Shown: positions 30,407 to 38,727 of the stretch, piece after piece | How positions within the stretch are numbered: the stretch's first letter is position 1 | Layout of the letters: each line of letters opens with the position of its first letter | Assembly: GCF_947504215.1 (NCBI RefSeq) | Contig: NZ_CANNGO010000009.1 | Coordinates: forward strand, 64,264-128,263 | Source of the DNA: an uncultured Ruegeria sp. | GTDB taxonomy: Bacteria > Pseudomonadota > Alphaproteobacteria > Rhodobacterales > Rhodobacteraceae | Reading direction: 5' to 3' | Length of the DNA stretch: 64,000 nt | Notes under the pieces: model-generated | Databases searched by the model: none | Told to the model about the DNA's origin: nothing | What the model saw: the letters and a program-made list of their open reading frames with translations, nothing else | Position numbers and translations under genes: made by a program

Positions 30407-31155
30407 CACGATGCCTGCCGCATCAGAACGCCGGTGCCGGGCTGCCAGGCACCGGGTGGAATCCGTGCAGGGTCGACATAAGCGGCCCACAAGGCGTCCA
30501 GCTGCGACCACAGAACATCGGTTTTGAAAATCAGAGCTTTAGCGGCCGCATCCTGCTTTTCTGCGGTGTCAGCATTGTCCAGAACCCAGGCAAGGCCAAA
30601 AGCCACATCCTTTGGCGCCTCTTTCAACCGGTTTTTGAAATAAGACAAGGAACTGTCATCGGCGAAGTCATAGTGTTGAAGCAGCCCTTCGATCCGATTT
30701 GCGTGAATCTTGGGTGCAAAGAGTTCGGTCAGAGATGCGGCCACCGCCTCAAGCAGAGTCTTTTCGCGCACGAACCGCACATATGCATCAACGGCAAACT
30801 TTGTAGCGGGCAGCACACCTTCGCACGAGGCTACATAATCGGGGTCAAGCCCAACGGCCTCGGCCAGCCGCAACCAACGGCGGATACCGCCTTCGTTGTT
30901 GTCTGTTCCGTCATGGTCTTCGATGCGCGATCGCCATTGCCGACGCAGCGCGGGGTCTTCGACGCGCGACATGAAGGCTGCGTCTTTCATGGGGATCGAG
31001 TGCTGGTAATAGTAACGGTTGATGACCCAGGCGCGAACTTCGTCTGCAGTGCATTCGCCGCCGTGCAGGCGGTGGTGAAACGGGTGGAGATCATGATAGC
31101 GTTCGGCACCGATCTGGCGCAGGCGGGCTTCGAAGGCGTCGCGGCTTTGGGTCAT
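30406..31155 (-). CDS. pqqC: Pyrroloquinoline-quinone synthase
   Basis: YHDLHPFH, NRYYYQ, KTDVLWSQLDAL. Confidence 0.96.
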   Translation of the reverse strand: MTQSRDAFEARLRQIGAERYHDLHPFHHRLHGGECTADEVRAWVINRYYYQHSIPMKDAAFMSRVEDPALRRQWRSRIEDHDGTDNNEGGIRRWLRLAEAVGLDPDYVASCEGVLPATKFAVDAYVRFVREKTLLEAVAASLTELFAPKIHANRIEGLLQHYDFADDSSLSYFKNRLKEAPKDVAFGLAWVLDNADTAEKQDAAAKALIFKTDVLWSQLDALWAAYVDPARIPPGAWQPGTGVLMRQAS

Positions 31156-32048
31156 AACGTGATCTCCATTCCGTCTTGTCCGATTGTCCATCCCGCGGCC
31201 TGCGCCTGGGACTTTTCGGCGCTGTCGGGACGTAAGACAGGGTTGGTATTGTTCATGTGAACAAAGACTTTTTGCCCGATACTCATATCAGCAAAACTCG
31301 CGATAGAACCGTCGGGCCCGTCCATTGACATATGTCCCATTCGTTTTCCGGTCTTCTGACCTAGACCGGCGCGCACCATCTCATCATCTTGCCAAAGCGT
31401 GCCGTCAAAAAACACCAAATCTGCGCCCTCTAGCTGCGTCCGCAAATCGGGCGTCAAAGCCGCGCAACCGGGAATGTAGTAGACCGTTTTCCCATCGGCG
31501 CTCAGCGCAACGCCCACTGTTTGCTCACCGATCAGATCGGTTTGAACGTTTTCGCCTTCCAGGTACAATGGGACTTTCCCCGGCACGGGGAACAACGTCG
31601 CCTGAAGGCCAGGAACCAACTCGAACGGCTGGTCCAATGAAATCGAAGATCGGGTCACCACGGACGCATTCAATGCATCGAAAATCGGGTTCTGGGCAAG
31701 CACGTCATGTATGCTGCCGGTTGCAAACAGGGTAAAGGGCTGCATTTCCCGCAATGTCAGCAATCCGGCCACATGATCGATATCGCCGTTGGTCACCAGA
31801 ACGGACTGAATTGGCATCTGTCGAAGCCCTGTGGGGAACAGGGCGTGAGTGTTCGACAGCTGCGCGCGTATGTCCGGAGACGCGTTTAGGACGGCCCAGT
31901 TCAGGCCGTCCGGGGAGATAGCAAGCGAAGACTGCGTCTGAGCAGGAATGTCTCCGCAACGTGCTAGATTGCAATTTTCACACCCGCAATTCCATTGCGG
32001 CAGGCCGCCTCCAGCAGCAGCCCCTAGAATGATTGCGCGCAACGTCAT
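31152..32048 (-). CDS. pqqB: PQQ biosynthesis hydroxylase (MBL fold)
   Basis: LGAAAGGGLPQWNCGC, TNGDIDH, HMNNTNP. Confidence 0.96.
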   Translation of the reverse strand: MTLRAIILGAAAGGGLPQWNCGCENCNLARCGDIPAQTQSSLAISPDGLNWAVLNASPDIRAQLSNTHALFPTGLRQMPIQSVLVTNGDIDHVAGLLTLREMQPFTLFATGSIHDVLAQNPIFDALNASVVTRSSISLDQPFELVPGLQATLFPVPGKVPLYLEGENVQTDLIGEQTVGVALSADGKTVYYIPGCAALTPDLRTQLEGADLVFFDGTLWQDDEMVRAGLGQKTGKRMGHMSMDGPDGSIASFADMSIGQKVFVHMNNTNPVLRPDSAEKSQAQAAGWTIGQDGMEITL

Positions 32049-32073
32049 TTGAAAGTTGGCGCGCGGGCCGTGA

Positions 32074-32175
32074 TCAGATCAGGCCGCCGCCGCGCTCATC
32101 ATCATGATCGGGGCCATACATGTTGATTTCCATGCCGCATTCAATCTCGCGGATCACCGGTTTGTTCCATGCCAT
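32074..32175 (-). CDS. pqqA: PQQ precursor peptide, 33 aa: MAWNKPVIREIECGMEINMYGPDHDDERGGGLI
   Basis: Translated by hand. W-x-K-P leader, E-x-x-x-Y (E16/Y20) core, GGAGGAGG RBS, directly upstream of pqqB. Absent from the ORF track because of its size. Confidence 0.93.
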   Translation of the reverse strand: MAWNKPVIREIECGMEINMYGPDHDDERGGGLI

Positions 32176-32239
32176 ATCGGGGTCCTCCTCCAAAAGTGTC
32201 CTTGGCTTCAATTTGGCAGGTATCCGGCACCAGAGCGAA

Positions 32240-32274
32240 TCTTAATTTATAAGAGCGTCTTAGACTTTGGTCGG
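32240..32274. promoter_or_regulatory. Two candidate operators upstream of pqqA
   Basis: TCTTA-ATTTA-TAAGA (32240-32254) and TAGAC-TTTG-GTCGG (32261-32274). Both motifs recur at other promoters of the cluster. Confidence 0.45.
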
Positions 32275-32277
32275 TAG

Positions 32278-32961
32278 TCAGTTGTCATCGGATTGCGGCG
32301 CACGGCCCTGCAAGCAGAAGCCTTGGTTGCGCAATGTTTTGATTTCAAAACCAAAATCGTCTTCGCTAAGTTTCTTCCGCAGATAACCTATATAGACATC
32401 GACCACATTCTCGTTACTAGAGCCTTCCTGCGACCACAGCGTGTCAAACAGATCGCCGCGCGAGATTGGTGTTCCGACGCTGCTGTTGAGCAAGACCAGC
32501 AAATCAAATTCCCGCTCGGTCAGGGCAACGGCTGTATCGCGGATGCTGATGGTTCGGTCTTCGTGTGAAAGTCGAGCGGGTTCGGGATGTTGTGCCTGGG
32601 CCCGTTGTTCCTGAACCTGCAGCCGCGCGACAAGCTCGTCAAAGCTGAAGGGTTTGACGACATAGTCATCGGCCCCGGCCTCAAGCCCTGCGGCGCGATG
32701 ATCTACATCTGACAGGGCCGAAAGCATCAGAATAGGGATGGTAACACCGACTGACCGGGCGGACCTGACCAGTTCGATACCACTGTCAGCCCCCAGCATG
32801 ACGTCTACAATCGCGCCTGAAAACGCACCGCTTTGCAACCGCTCCAACCCCAGATCCGCGCGGTTCTCGGCCTCGGCCACATAGCCATGCAACGACAGCC
32901 CGCGCACAAGGGCCGAAGCAATCTTTGGGTCGTCATCTATGATCAACAATCGGGAGGTCAT
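32278..32961 (-). CDS. OmpR-family response regulator (MxbM/RfdR-like position)
   Basis: IIDDD, VDVML, GADDYVVKPF, winged helix NVVDVYIGYLRKKL. Confidence 0.92.
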   Translation of the reverse strand: MTSRLLIIDDDPKIASALVRGLSLHGYVAEAENRADLGLERLQSGAFSGAIVDVMLGADSGIELVRSARSVGVTIPILMLSALSDVDHRAAGLEAGADDYVVKPFSFDELVARLQVQEQRAQAQHPEPARLSHEDRTISIRDTAVALTEREFDLLVLLNSSVGTPISRGDLFDTLWSQEGSSNENVVDVYIGYLRKKLSEDDFGFEIKTLRNQGFCLQGRAPQSDDN

Positions 32962-32970
32962 ACGTTCACT

Positions 32971-34572
32971 CTAAGCCTGTGCAACGGGTAAACGAATGCA
33001 GACATTTGTACCGTTTGATAGCCCGATTGCCTGATCCTTTGGAACGGGGCTGGTCAATGAGATTGCGCCGCGATGCGCTTCGATCACCCAGCGCGCCAAT
33101 GCCAGACCGACACCAAAGCCCTGGCTGTTGGCCGATCCGCCCTGGACAAACCGTCCAAAGATATCGCCCTGCGCGTCAACCGGGACGCCAGGCCCATTAT
33201 CAACAATTGAGATTTCGATTGTGTCGGCGGTCAGTTTGGTCGTCATGGCGACCGTCTTACCGTCACGGGCGTGCCGGATTGCGTTCCGGATCAGGCTTAG
33301 CAGCACCTGCCGGATCCAGTTCGGATCGCAATTCAGTTCACAATCGGGGATTGGCCCGATGGTCAGCGTCATATTCGCACTGTCGATGTCCGGTTGGATG
33401 TCCCGTGCCACGGTGTTCAATAGATCAGCCAGCTTAACCGGTTGCGGTTCCAACGCCAGCTCGCCGTTTTCCGACCGCGCCACACGAAGCAAGTCGTCGA
33501 TGCGCTGGTTCAGTTTGATCGCGCTGGTTTCGATGGCCTGTAACGCCTCAGGTGCGCTTTGTTTGTCTTGCTGTCCGATTTGAGATTCCATCATGATCAC
33601 GGTGAGCGGCGTGCGAAGCTCGTGACTGATATCCGCAAAAAAGCGACGCCTGTTTTCATCGATTTTAGACAGGGTTTTGTTGGCCGCGCTTAGTTCCTTT
33701 GTTCGCCGGGCAATTGTTTCATTGAGTCTCGCCCATTCTGCCTCGACCTCCGACTGGCGCTGTTTCAGGGCCGCTGCCATGCGATTTGTTTCGCTATAGA
33801 GCTGACCTATCTCATCCCTTTGGGTGGTCGGCAGTTCGAGCGAGAATTCCGCCTGTCCAATCTGCAAAGCGGCCCCTCGCAAACGATCCAGCCGTTCGAA
33901 TTGTGGGCGGATTAGCCAGAAATAGAACCAGATGGTACTGAGGATCGCGAAGGCCGCGAATCCTAACGCAATCCACGTCAGGGTAAGACGCGTTTCCTCG
34001 ATCCCTGACAGAATGGTGTTGCGAAACAAGATTTCGGTATTCACGGCTTGGCTAAGCAAGGGATCAAACCCCGAGGCGAAACTGTCGATATGGGCCCTTA
34101 ACCGCGCCTGATCCGCTTCGGGATTTGCAAGCCCGTCCAGCGTGTTTCCCAGCAACGCCTCCATCCGGGCAAGGCCAAGTGACTGCGTGCCATAGCGCGA
34201 TTGCTCGTCTATCCCGAAGCCCTGCGCCGCCGTGACCGCATCAGCGACGTCGGCGTGCAGCTTGCCGAAAGTGTCGCCGATTTGCCCCTGTATCGGGGCG
34301 AGGCGGTCGATCCGAATGGCCGCAGTCTGTCCCGTCTGTACGGACTCAGTCGCTATCACCAGAAACGTGGCTATCTGAGTGGACAGTGTCGCATATCGCG
34401 CCATGCGCATTTCCGATGCCAGCGCAGTCTCCAACCGCGAGGCAACCATTTGCATCCCCAGATAAAGGATCGCTGCCGTCAACAACGTGCCCGACCCCAA
34501 AACAACAGCCCCCAGACCCAGACGGGTTTTCAGTAGCAAATGGCGCTTTGGTTTGTCGGCGGATACGTTCAT
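32971..34572 (-). CDS. Membrane sensor histidine kinase with HAMP domain (MxbD-like)
   Basis: Two TM helices, HAMP DEIGQL, H-box SHELRTPL, DNGPG, GVGLAL. The ATG at 34572 overlaps the permease stop. Confidence 0.9.
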   Translation of the reverse strand: MNVSADKPKRHLLLKTRLGLGAVVLGSGTLLTAAILYLGMQMVASRLETALASEMRMARYATLSTQIATFLVIATESVQTGQTAAIRIDRLAPIQGQIGDTFGKLHADVADAVTAAQGFGIDEQSRYGTQSLGLARMEALLGNTLDGLANPEADQARLRAHIDSFASGFDPLLSQAVNTEILFRNTILSGIEETRLTLTWIALGFAAFAILSTIWFYFWLIRPQFERLDRLRGAALQIGQAEFSLELPTTQRDEIGQLYSETNRMAAALKQRQSEVEAEWARLNETIARRTKELSAANKTLSKIDENRRRFFADISHELRTPLTVIMMESQIGQQDKQSAPEALQAIETSAIKLNQRIDDLLRVARSENGELALEPQPVKLADLLNTVARDIQPDIDSANMTLTIGPIPDCELNCDPNWIRQVLLSLIRNAIRHARDGKTVAMTTKLTADTIEISIVDNGPGVPVDAQGDIFGRFVQGGSANSQGFGVGLALARWVIEAHRGAISLTSPVPKDQAIGLSNGTNVCIRLPVAQA

Positions 34573-35360
34573 GTTTTTCGTTTCATCAGGCCGCGCGCCG
34601 GATCGTATCCCCAGACCGCGGCGCCACACAACGCGGCCGTCCACACCAGCACCCAGAACAGCGCGATCCAGTTGATCTGCAGATACAGCAGAAACCGGAT
34701 CAGTTCGACTACGTGGGTAAACGGGTTCACGGCGCAGATGTCACGCAAGAGCGGTGAGCTTTCGGCCATTTTCCATAGCGGGTAGAGGGCCGAAGACAGA
34801 AAGAACATCGGGAAGATGACAAAGTTCATCACCCCCGCAAAATTTTCCAGCTGTTTGATAAAACTGGATAGGACCAATCCCAAGGCACCCAACATCAGCC
34901 CACCCAGAACCAGCCCCGGAAGAACCGCAAAATAGCCGGGCATCGGTAACACAATCCCGAACAATGCCGCCAGCGCCAGGAATGTATAGACCTGCAGGAT
35001 GGAAATCGCGGTTGAGCCGAGCAACCTGCAAAACAAAAGCCACCAACGCGGGAACGAACTGGTTAGCAGCAGGCGCATAGATCCCATTTCGCGGTCGTAT
35101 ACGAGGCTGAGAGAGCTCTGCATCCCGTTGAAAAGAAGGACCATCGCGCACAGACCTGGCACGATATAGGTCTCATAGGTGATGTAGGTTTGGTAGGGCG
35201 GGATGATGGACAAGCCAAGTGCTGCCCGGAACCCCGCAGCAAAGATCAGCAACCAGACCATCGGGCGCACGAGTGCCGCCAGAAAGCGTTCGCGTTGATG
35301 AATAAAGCGCAGAAACTCGCGTCCGATGATGGCTCGTGCGACACCCCAAAAACCAGTCAT
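34569..35360 (-). CDS. ABC-2 type permease of PQQ-ADH systems (PedC/LutF-like)
   Basis: REFLRF..ALVRP, YETYIVPGL, VYDREMGSMR, LENFAGVMNF. Confidence 0.9.
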   Translation of the reverse strand: MTGFWGVARAIIGREFLRFIHQRERFLAALVRPMVWLLIFAAGFRAALGLSIIPPYQTYITYETYIVPGLCAMVLLFNGMQSSLSLVYDREMGSMRLLLTSSFPRWWLLFCRLLGSTAISILQVYTFLALAALFGIVLPMPGYFAVLPGLVLGGLMLGALGLVLSSFIKQLENFAGVMNFVIFPMFFLSSALYPLWKMAESSPLLRDICAVNPFTHVVELIRFLLYLQINWIALFWVLVWTAALCGAAVWGYDPARGLMKRKT

Positions 35361-36103
35361 GCCGAAACCTCGGTCTGCGACAGGAACCAATTGGACAGCG
35401 TTTCGTTGCCGCGCAACACTCCGGTCTGCCCTGCGGCGAGAATCTTACCATGATGCAGCACCAGCATTTGGTCGTTGTCGCGCACTTCATCGGTCAGATG
35501 TGTCGCCCATAATATGCAAAGCCCTTGGTCGGCCAGATCGTGAACATGATCGGTGATCGAGTGCCGTGCGGCAGCGTCCAAGCCGACGGTCGGTTCGTCC
35601 AATAGCAAAACCTTTGGGTCGTGCAGCAAGGCGCGGGCCAGCTCCATCCGGCGGCGGTGCCCGCCATTTAACGCCCGGACCTTTTCGCCAGCGCGTTCTC
35701 TCATCCCCAGCCGGTCCAGCGCCGCATCAATGCGTTGAGGTGTTTCCTTCCTGGGCAGCCCGTGCAGCGCTGCAAAATAGGCCATGTTCTGCTTGACAGT
35801 CAGGCTGAGGTCCAAAGTTGGTTGCTGAAACACGACGCCAAGATCCCCAAGCGCTTTGCGTGGCGATTTCCTGAGATTGTGGCCAGCAACAGCGATCTCG
35901 CCATCAGGGGCAACCAAGAGGCGCGTCAGCAGCGAAACCAAAGTGGATTTCCCGGCCCCGTTGGGCCCAAGCAATGCGCAGAAAGTCCCGGGTTCAACGT
36001 CGAATGAGACGGAATCCAGTGCCGTTTTAGGACCGTAGTGAAAGCTCAGATTGCGGACGGTCAGGCCCCGCTTGGTCTCGTCCCGCAACTGCGCATCAGG
36101 CAT
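35357..36103 (-). CDS. ABC ATP-binding subunit of PQQ-ADH systems (PedB/LutE-like)
   Basis: GPNGAGKS, variant signature LNGGH, LDEPTVGLD, WATH. Confidence 0.9.
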   Translation of the reverse strand: MPDAQLRDETKRGLTVRNLSFHYGPKTALDSVSFDVEPGTFCALLGPNGAGKSTLVSLLTRLLVAPDGEIAVAGHNLRKSPRKALGDLGVVFQQPTLDLSLTVKQNMAYFAALHGLPRKETPQRIDAALDRLGMRERAGEKVRALNGGHRRRMELARALLHDPKVLLLDEPTVGLDAAARHSITDHVHDLADQGLCILWATHLTDEVRDNDQMLVLHHGKILAAGQTGVLRGNETLSNWFLSQTEVSA

Positions 36104-36282
36104 CTATTCCTCCGCCCGGATTCCCGTACTGACGGTCAGCTTGCCCGTTCGGCGCGCGTTTCTCAACCATGCAGAAAATCGCCCGACTGCGACTTAAGTC
36201 TACGTAACCTCGCAGATTTGTTATGCGGAGAACACGATAAAGCGGGGCTATGGTCCTCATGTCTAGGATGGAGAGATCCGCC

Positions 36283-36720
36283 ATGAGCATCGGCCGACGT
36301 GGCGCCATGCAAGTCAGCCTGGGTGCGTTGTTGTGTCTGGCAACACCGCTGCGGGCGCAGGATATTTTGGCACCACCAAACTCTGCGACGTTGGAGGATG
36401 TGATTGCGGCTTTCTCTGATGGAAGCTCGATCCGTGATGGAAGCGTAACTGTGACGTTGCCTGAAATCGCTGAAGATGGATATCGCGTTTCGGTGCAGGT
36501 CGCCGCGCCAGAGGCCACGGAAATTCTACTTGTGGCGCCGGGCAACCCGGTGATGCCGGTGCTCAGGGCCAAATTTGGCCCAATGGCGGGTGCTGCAAGA
36601 GTGTCTACTCGTATGCGGTTGGCCCAAACTCAGGACGTTCTGGTATTGGCGCGAATGCCGGATGGAAGCATTCAAAAAGGTCTTAAACCTGTGTCGGTTA
36701 TCGTAGGCGGATGCGCCTAA
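36283..36720 (+). CDS. soxY: SoxY-like carrier protein
   Basis: RR-type leader, PEIAEDG, STRMRLAQTQ, C-terminal arm VIVGGCA. Confidence 0.82.
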   Translation: MSIGRRGAMQVSLGALLCLATPLRAQDILAPPNSATLEDVIAAFSDGSSIRDGSVTVTLPEIAEDGYRVSVQVAAPEATEILLVAPGNPVMPVLRAKFGPMAGAARVSTRMRLAQTQDVLVLARMPDGSIQKGLKPVSVIVGGCA

Positions 36721-36736
36721 TCCAAAGGAGGGGAAG

Positions 36737-37066
36737 ATGGCGACAGGTGTCAAAACCCGGATCAAACTGCCCAGAGAGGTCAGGGCAGGTGATATGATCA
36801 CGATCAAAACCCTGATCACACATCGCATGGAATCCGGGCAGCGGATCGATCCTGTTGGCATGCCGATACCGCGCTCGATCATCCACCGATTTCTTTGTAC
36901 ATTTGACGGCGAAACTGTTGTCGATCTTGAGATCGGACCCGGAGTTTCGACGAACCCGTTTTTCGAGTTTGAGGCAACCATCCCAGGCTCTGGGGTGTTC
37001 ACCTTTGCATGGTTCGACGATGACGGCGCGATTTACACTGACAGCAAGGCGGTCGTGGTTGCCTAG
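36737..37066 (+). CDS. soxZ: SoxZ-like protein
   Basis: IKTLITHRMESGQR, STNPFFEF, WFDDDG. No signal peptide. Confidence 0.85.
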   Translation: MATGVKTRIKLPREVRAGDMITIKTLITHRMESGQRIDPVGMPIPRSIIHRFLCTFDGETVVDLEIGPGVSTNPFFEFEATIPGSGVFTFAWFDDDGAIYTDSKAVVVA

Positions 37067-37118
37067 TCGAGTTCCGAAAGTGACAAGGGAGGTCGTAGGT
37101 CAACATTGCCCCGGTTCA

Positions 37119-37344
37119 TCACCTATTCAAAGAGCCTTTCAGCGGAAAACCATGTCTCTCAACATACGAGTTGGAGTTTCTGAGAGCAGCCACATGTCTG
37201 CCGCCCACTGTTCCACTTTTGCTGAAGCTAAGGCTAAACGAACCTCATCTTCAGCCGCACGGGAAAGATCGATTTCAGCGCTTTAGATTCAGAGCGTAGG
37301 GCGCCGCCCAGCGACAAGTTTGTTGGCTTTGTTGGATTGGGCAT
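37119..37344 (-). pseudogene. ccdA: Decayed CcdA-type antitoxin (two -1 frameshifts)
   Basis: Joining three frames gives MPNPTKPTNLSLGGALRSESKAL/IDLSRAAEDEVRLALASAKVEQWAAD/VAALRNSNSYVERHGFPL, matching the CcdA pattern TNLSL..EAKAL.INLSRAAE..W..N.A..SN.YVE.HGLPL. GGAGG RBS at 37357-37361. Confidence 0.78.
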
Positions 37345-37456
37345 TCATTGGGTAGCCCTCCTAATTGGCAAGGATATGGGCAGTAGCTACCAGCATAAAT
37401 TTTGCACACGAAGTGTGCCCACGATGTATTTTCCTTGTAATTCTGTTGCTGGTCAA

Positions 37457-37475
37457 TTTCGTATTATATACGAAA
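37457..37475. promoter_or_regulatory. AT-rich perfect palindrome upstream of the ccdA relic
   Basis: TTTCGTAT-TAT-ATACGAAA; a second palindrome GCACAC-GAA-GTGTGC lies at 37404-37418. Confidence 0.4.
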
Positions 37476-37568
37476 AAGCCAAGTGCATTGTACGGCACCC
37501 GGCCGATGTATAGGCCGGGTTCGTTCACTAGAAACAGCGCTGCGATGGCAAGGATCGACCAGTGTAAG

Positions 37569-38429
37569 CTAGAACCGGTAACCTATCGCAAGCACCGCCG
37601 CATAGTTCCCTTCGGATTTCACGACCGGGCTGTCTTTGGCATCGCCGAGCAATCTGGAATACTGCACGATTCCCGTCAGGCCCCAGTTGTCGCCAAGTGT
37701 TTGGCTGAACCCGATCTCGGCGTTAACGGATTTCAAGCCAGAACCGGCACTGTATTGCCGCAAGCCTGACGAGGAGGATTGTGCAGCCGACACACCGAAG
37801 AAGCTCTGGTTGTAGTTGTCGTTGGCCCAGTCAATCGACACGCCGCCGATCAATGCCAACCCTTGCTGACCGGCCACATCGTCATATCGGTTGCCCGTTG
37901 GCGACAATGCGCCGCGTACGACCCCGAACGGCACCTGGCTTTGCAATCCAAGCGATACGACCGTGCCCTTGGAACCTTTGAGAAAGGTGTTCACATCTGC
38001 TGTGGCCGTGACGCGTGGGGCCAGATCGAGCTGTGCGCCCAGCGAGACAACGGCGCCGTCATCTATATCTCCCAGCCCTCGAAGATGGACGCTGTCACTT
38101 TCTTCGCGGCCACCACCGTATCCAAGGGCGGCTGAAACCCGAAGGCCATTTCTGTCATAGACAAATGCCCCTATTCCTTTCCCGGAAACAACCAACGTGT
38201 CGCGCCATACAGCTTCGAACGCAGGGAACGCGGACGTTTCTTGTTTGTCTGACCCTTCGTATTCTGGCGCATATGCGACCCCAGCACCTAGGTAGAAATC
38301 CCAGTCGTTCCAGCCTCCTGTGCCGCTGGCGCCATTGCCTGCGCTCTGGGCTGCTGCCTGACCGGCAAAAACCGCCAGACATGTTCCAACAACGGCCAAA
38401 GCCGAGTGATTGAGAGATTTCGATTTCAT
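37569..38429 (-). CDS. MipA/OmpV-family outer membrane protein
   Basis: Signal peptide from the ATG at 38429, GAGVAYAPEYEGSD, YSRLLGDAKDSPVV, terminal GYRF. Confidence 0.88.
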   Translation of the reverse strand: MKSKSLNHSALAVVGTCLAVFAGQAAAQSAGNGASGTGGWNDWDFYLGAGVAYAPEYEGSDKQETSAFPAFEAVWRDTLVVSGKGIGAFVYDRNGLRVSAALGYGGGREESDSVHLRGLGDIDDGAVVSLGAQLDLAPRVTATADVNTFLKGSKGTVVSLGLQSQVPFGVVRGALSPTGNRYDDVAGQQGLALIGGVSIDWANDNYNQSFFGVSAAQSSSSGLRQYSAGSGLKSVNAEIGFSQTLGDNWGLTGIVQYSRLLGDAKDSPVVKSEGNYAAVLAIGYRF

Positions 38430-38727
38430 AAAAGTCCTCGGTTCTTTCGTTATTTTCGTAGCCGCCATGGGCCAGTTTCTTGCTGCCAAATCTGTCTGTT
38501 TGGATCCTCGGCGGCAGAAATGTTCTGCCTGAAACGCCTGATCAAACCCTGCGTAATCTAGTGGCGAATTTTGCTGTAATGTTCCTAGCTGGCCGTCGCG
38601 GACGGCCGTTTGCTGTTGTCGCCGATTGGAAGAGACGCCTCGGGCGGTCTTGAAGCCCTTGTGCTGAGGCAGCCGGGTTCCAAGGTTTCTCTGACCCACC
38701 AGCAAAACAAGTTTGACAAAGCGTCTT

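Noticed and set aside
36283-37066. Inferring thiosulfate oxidation from soxYZ
   Set aside because: No soxXA, soxB or soxCD in the window; the capacity cannot be inferred from here.
37067-37118. Search for a ccdB toxin remnant after the ccdA relic
   Set aside because: Only ~50 nt remain before the soxZ stop, and no frame resembles the CcdB N-terminus.
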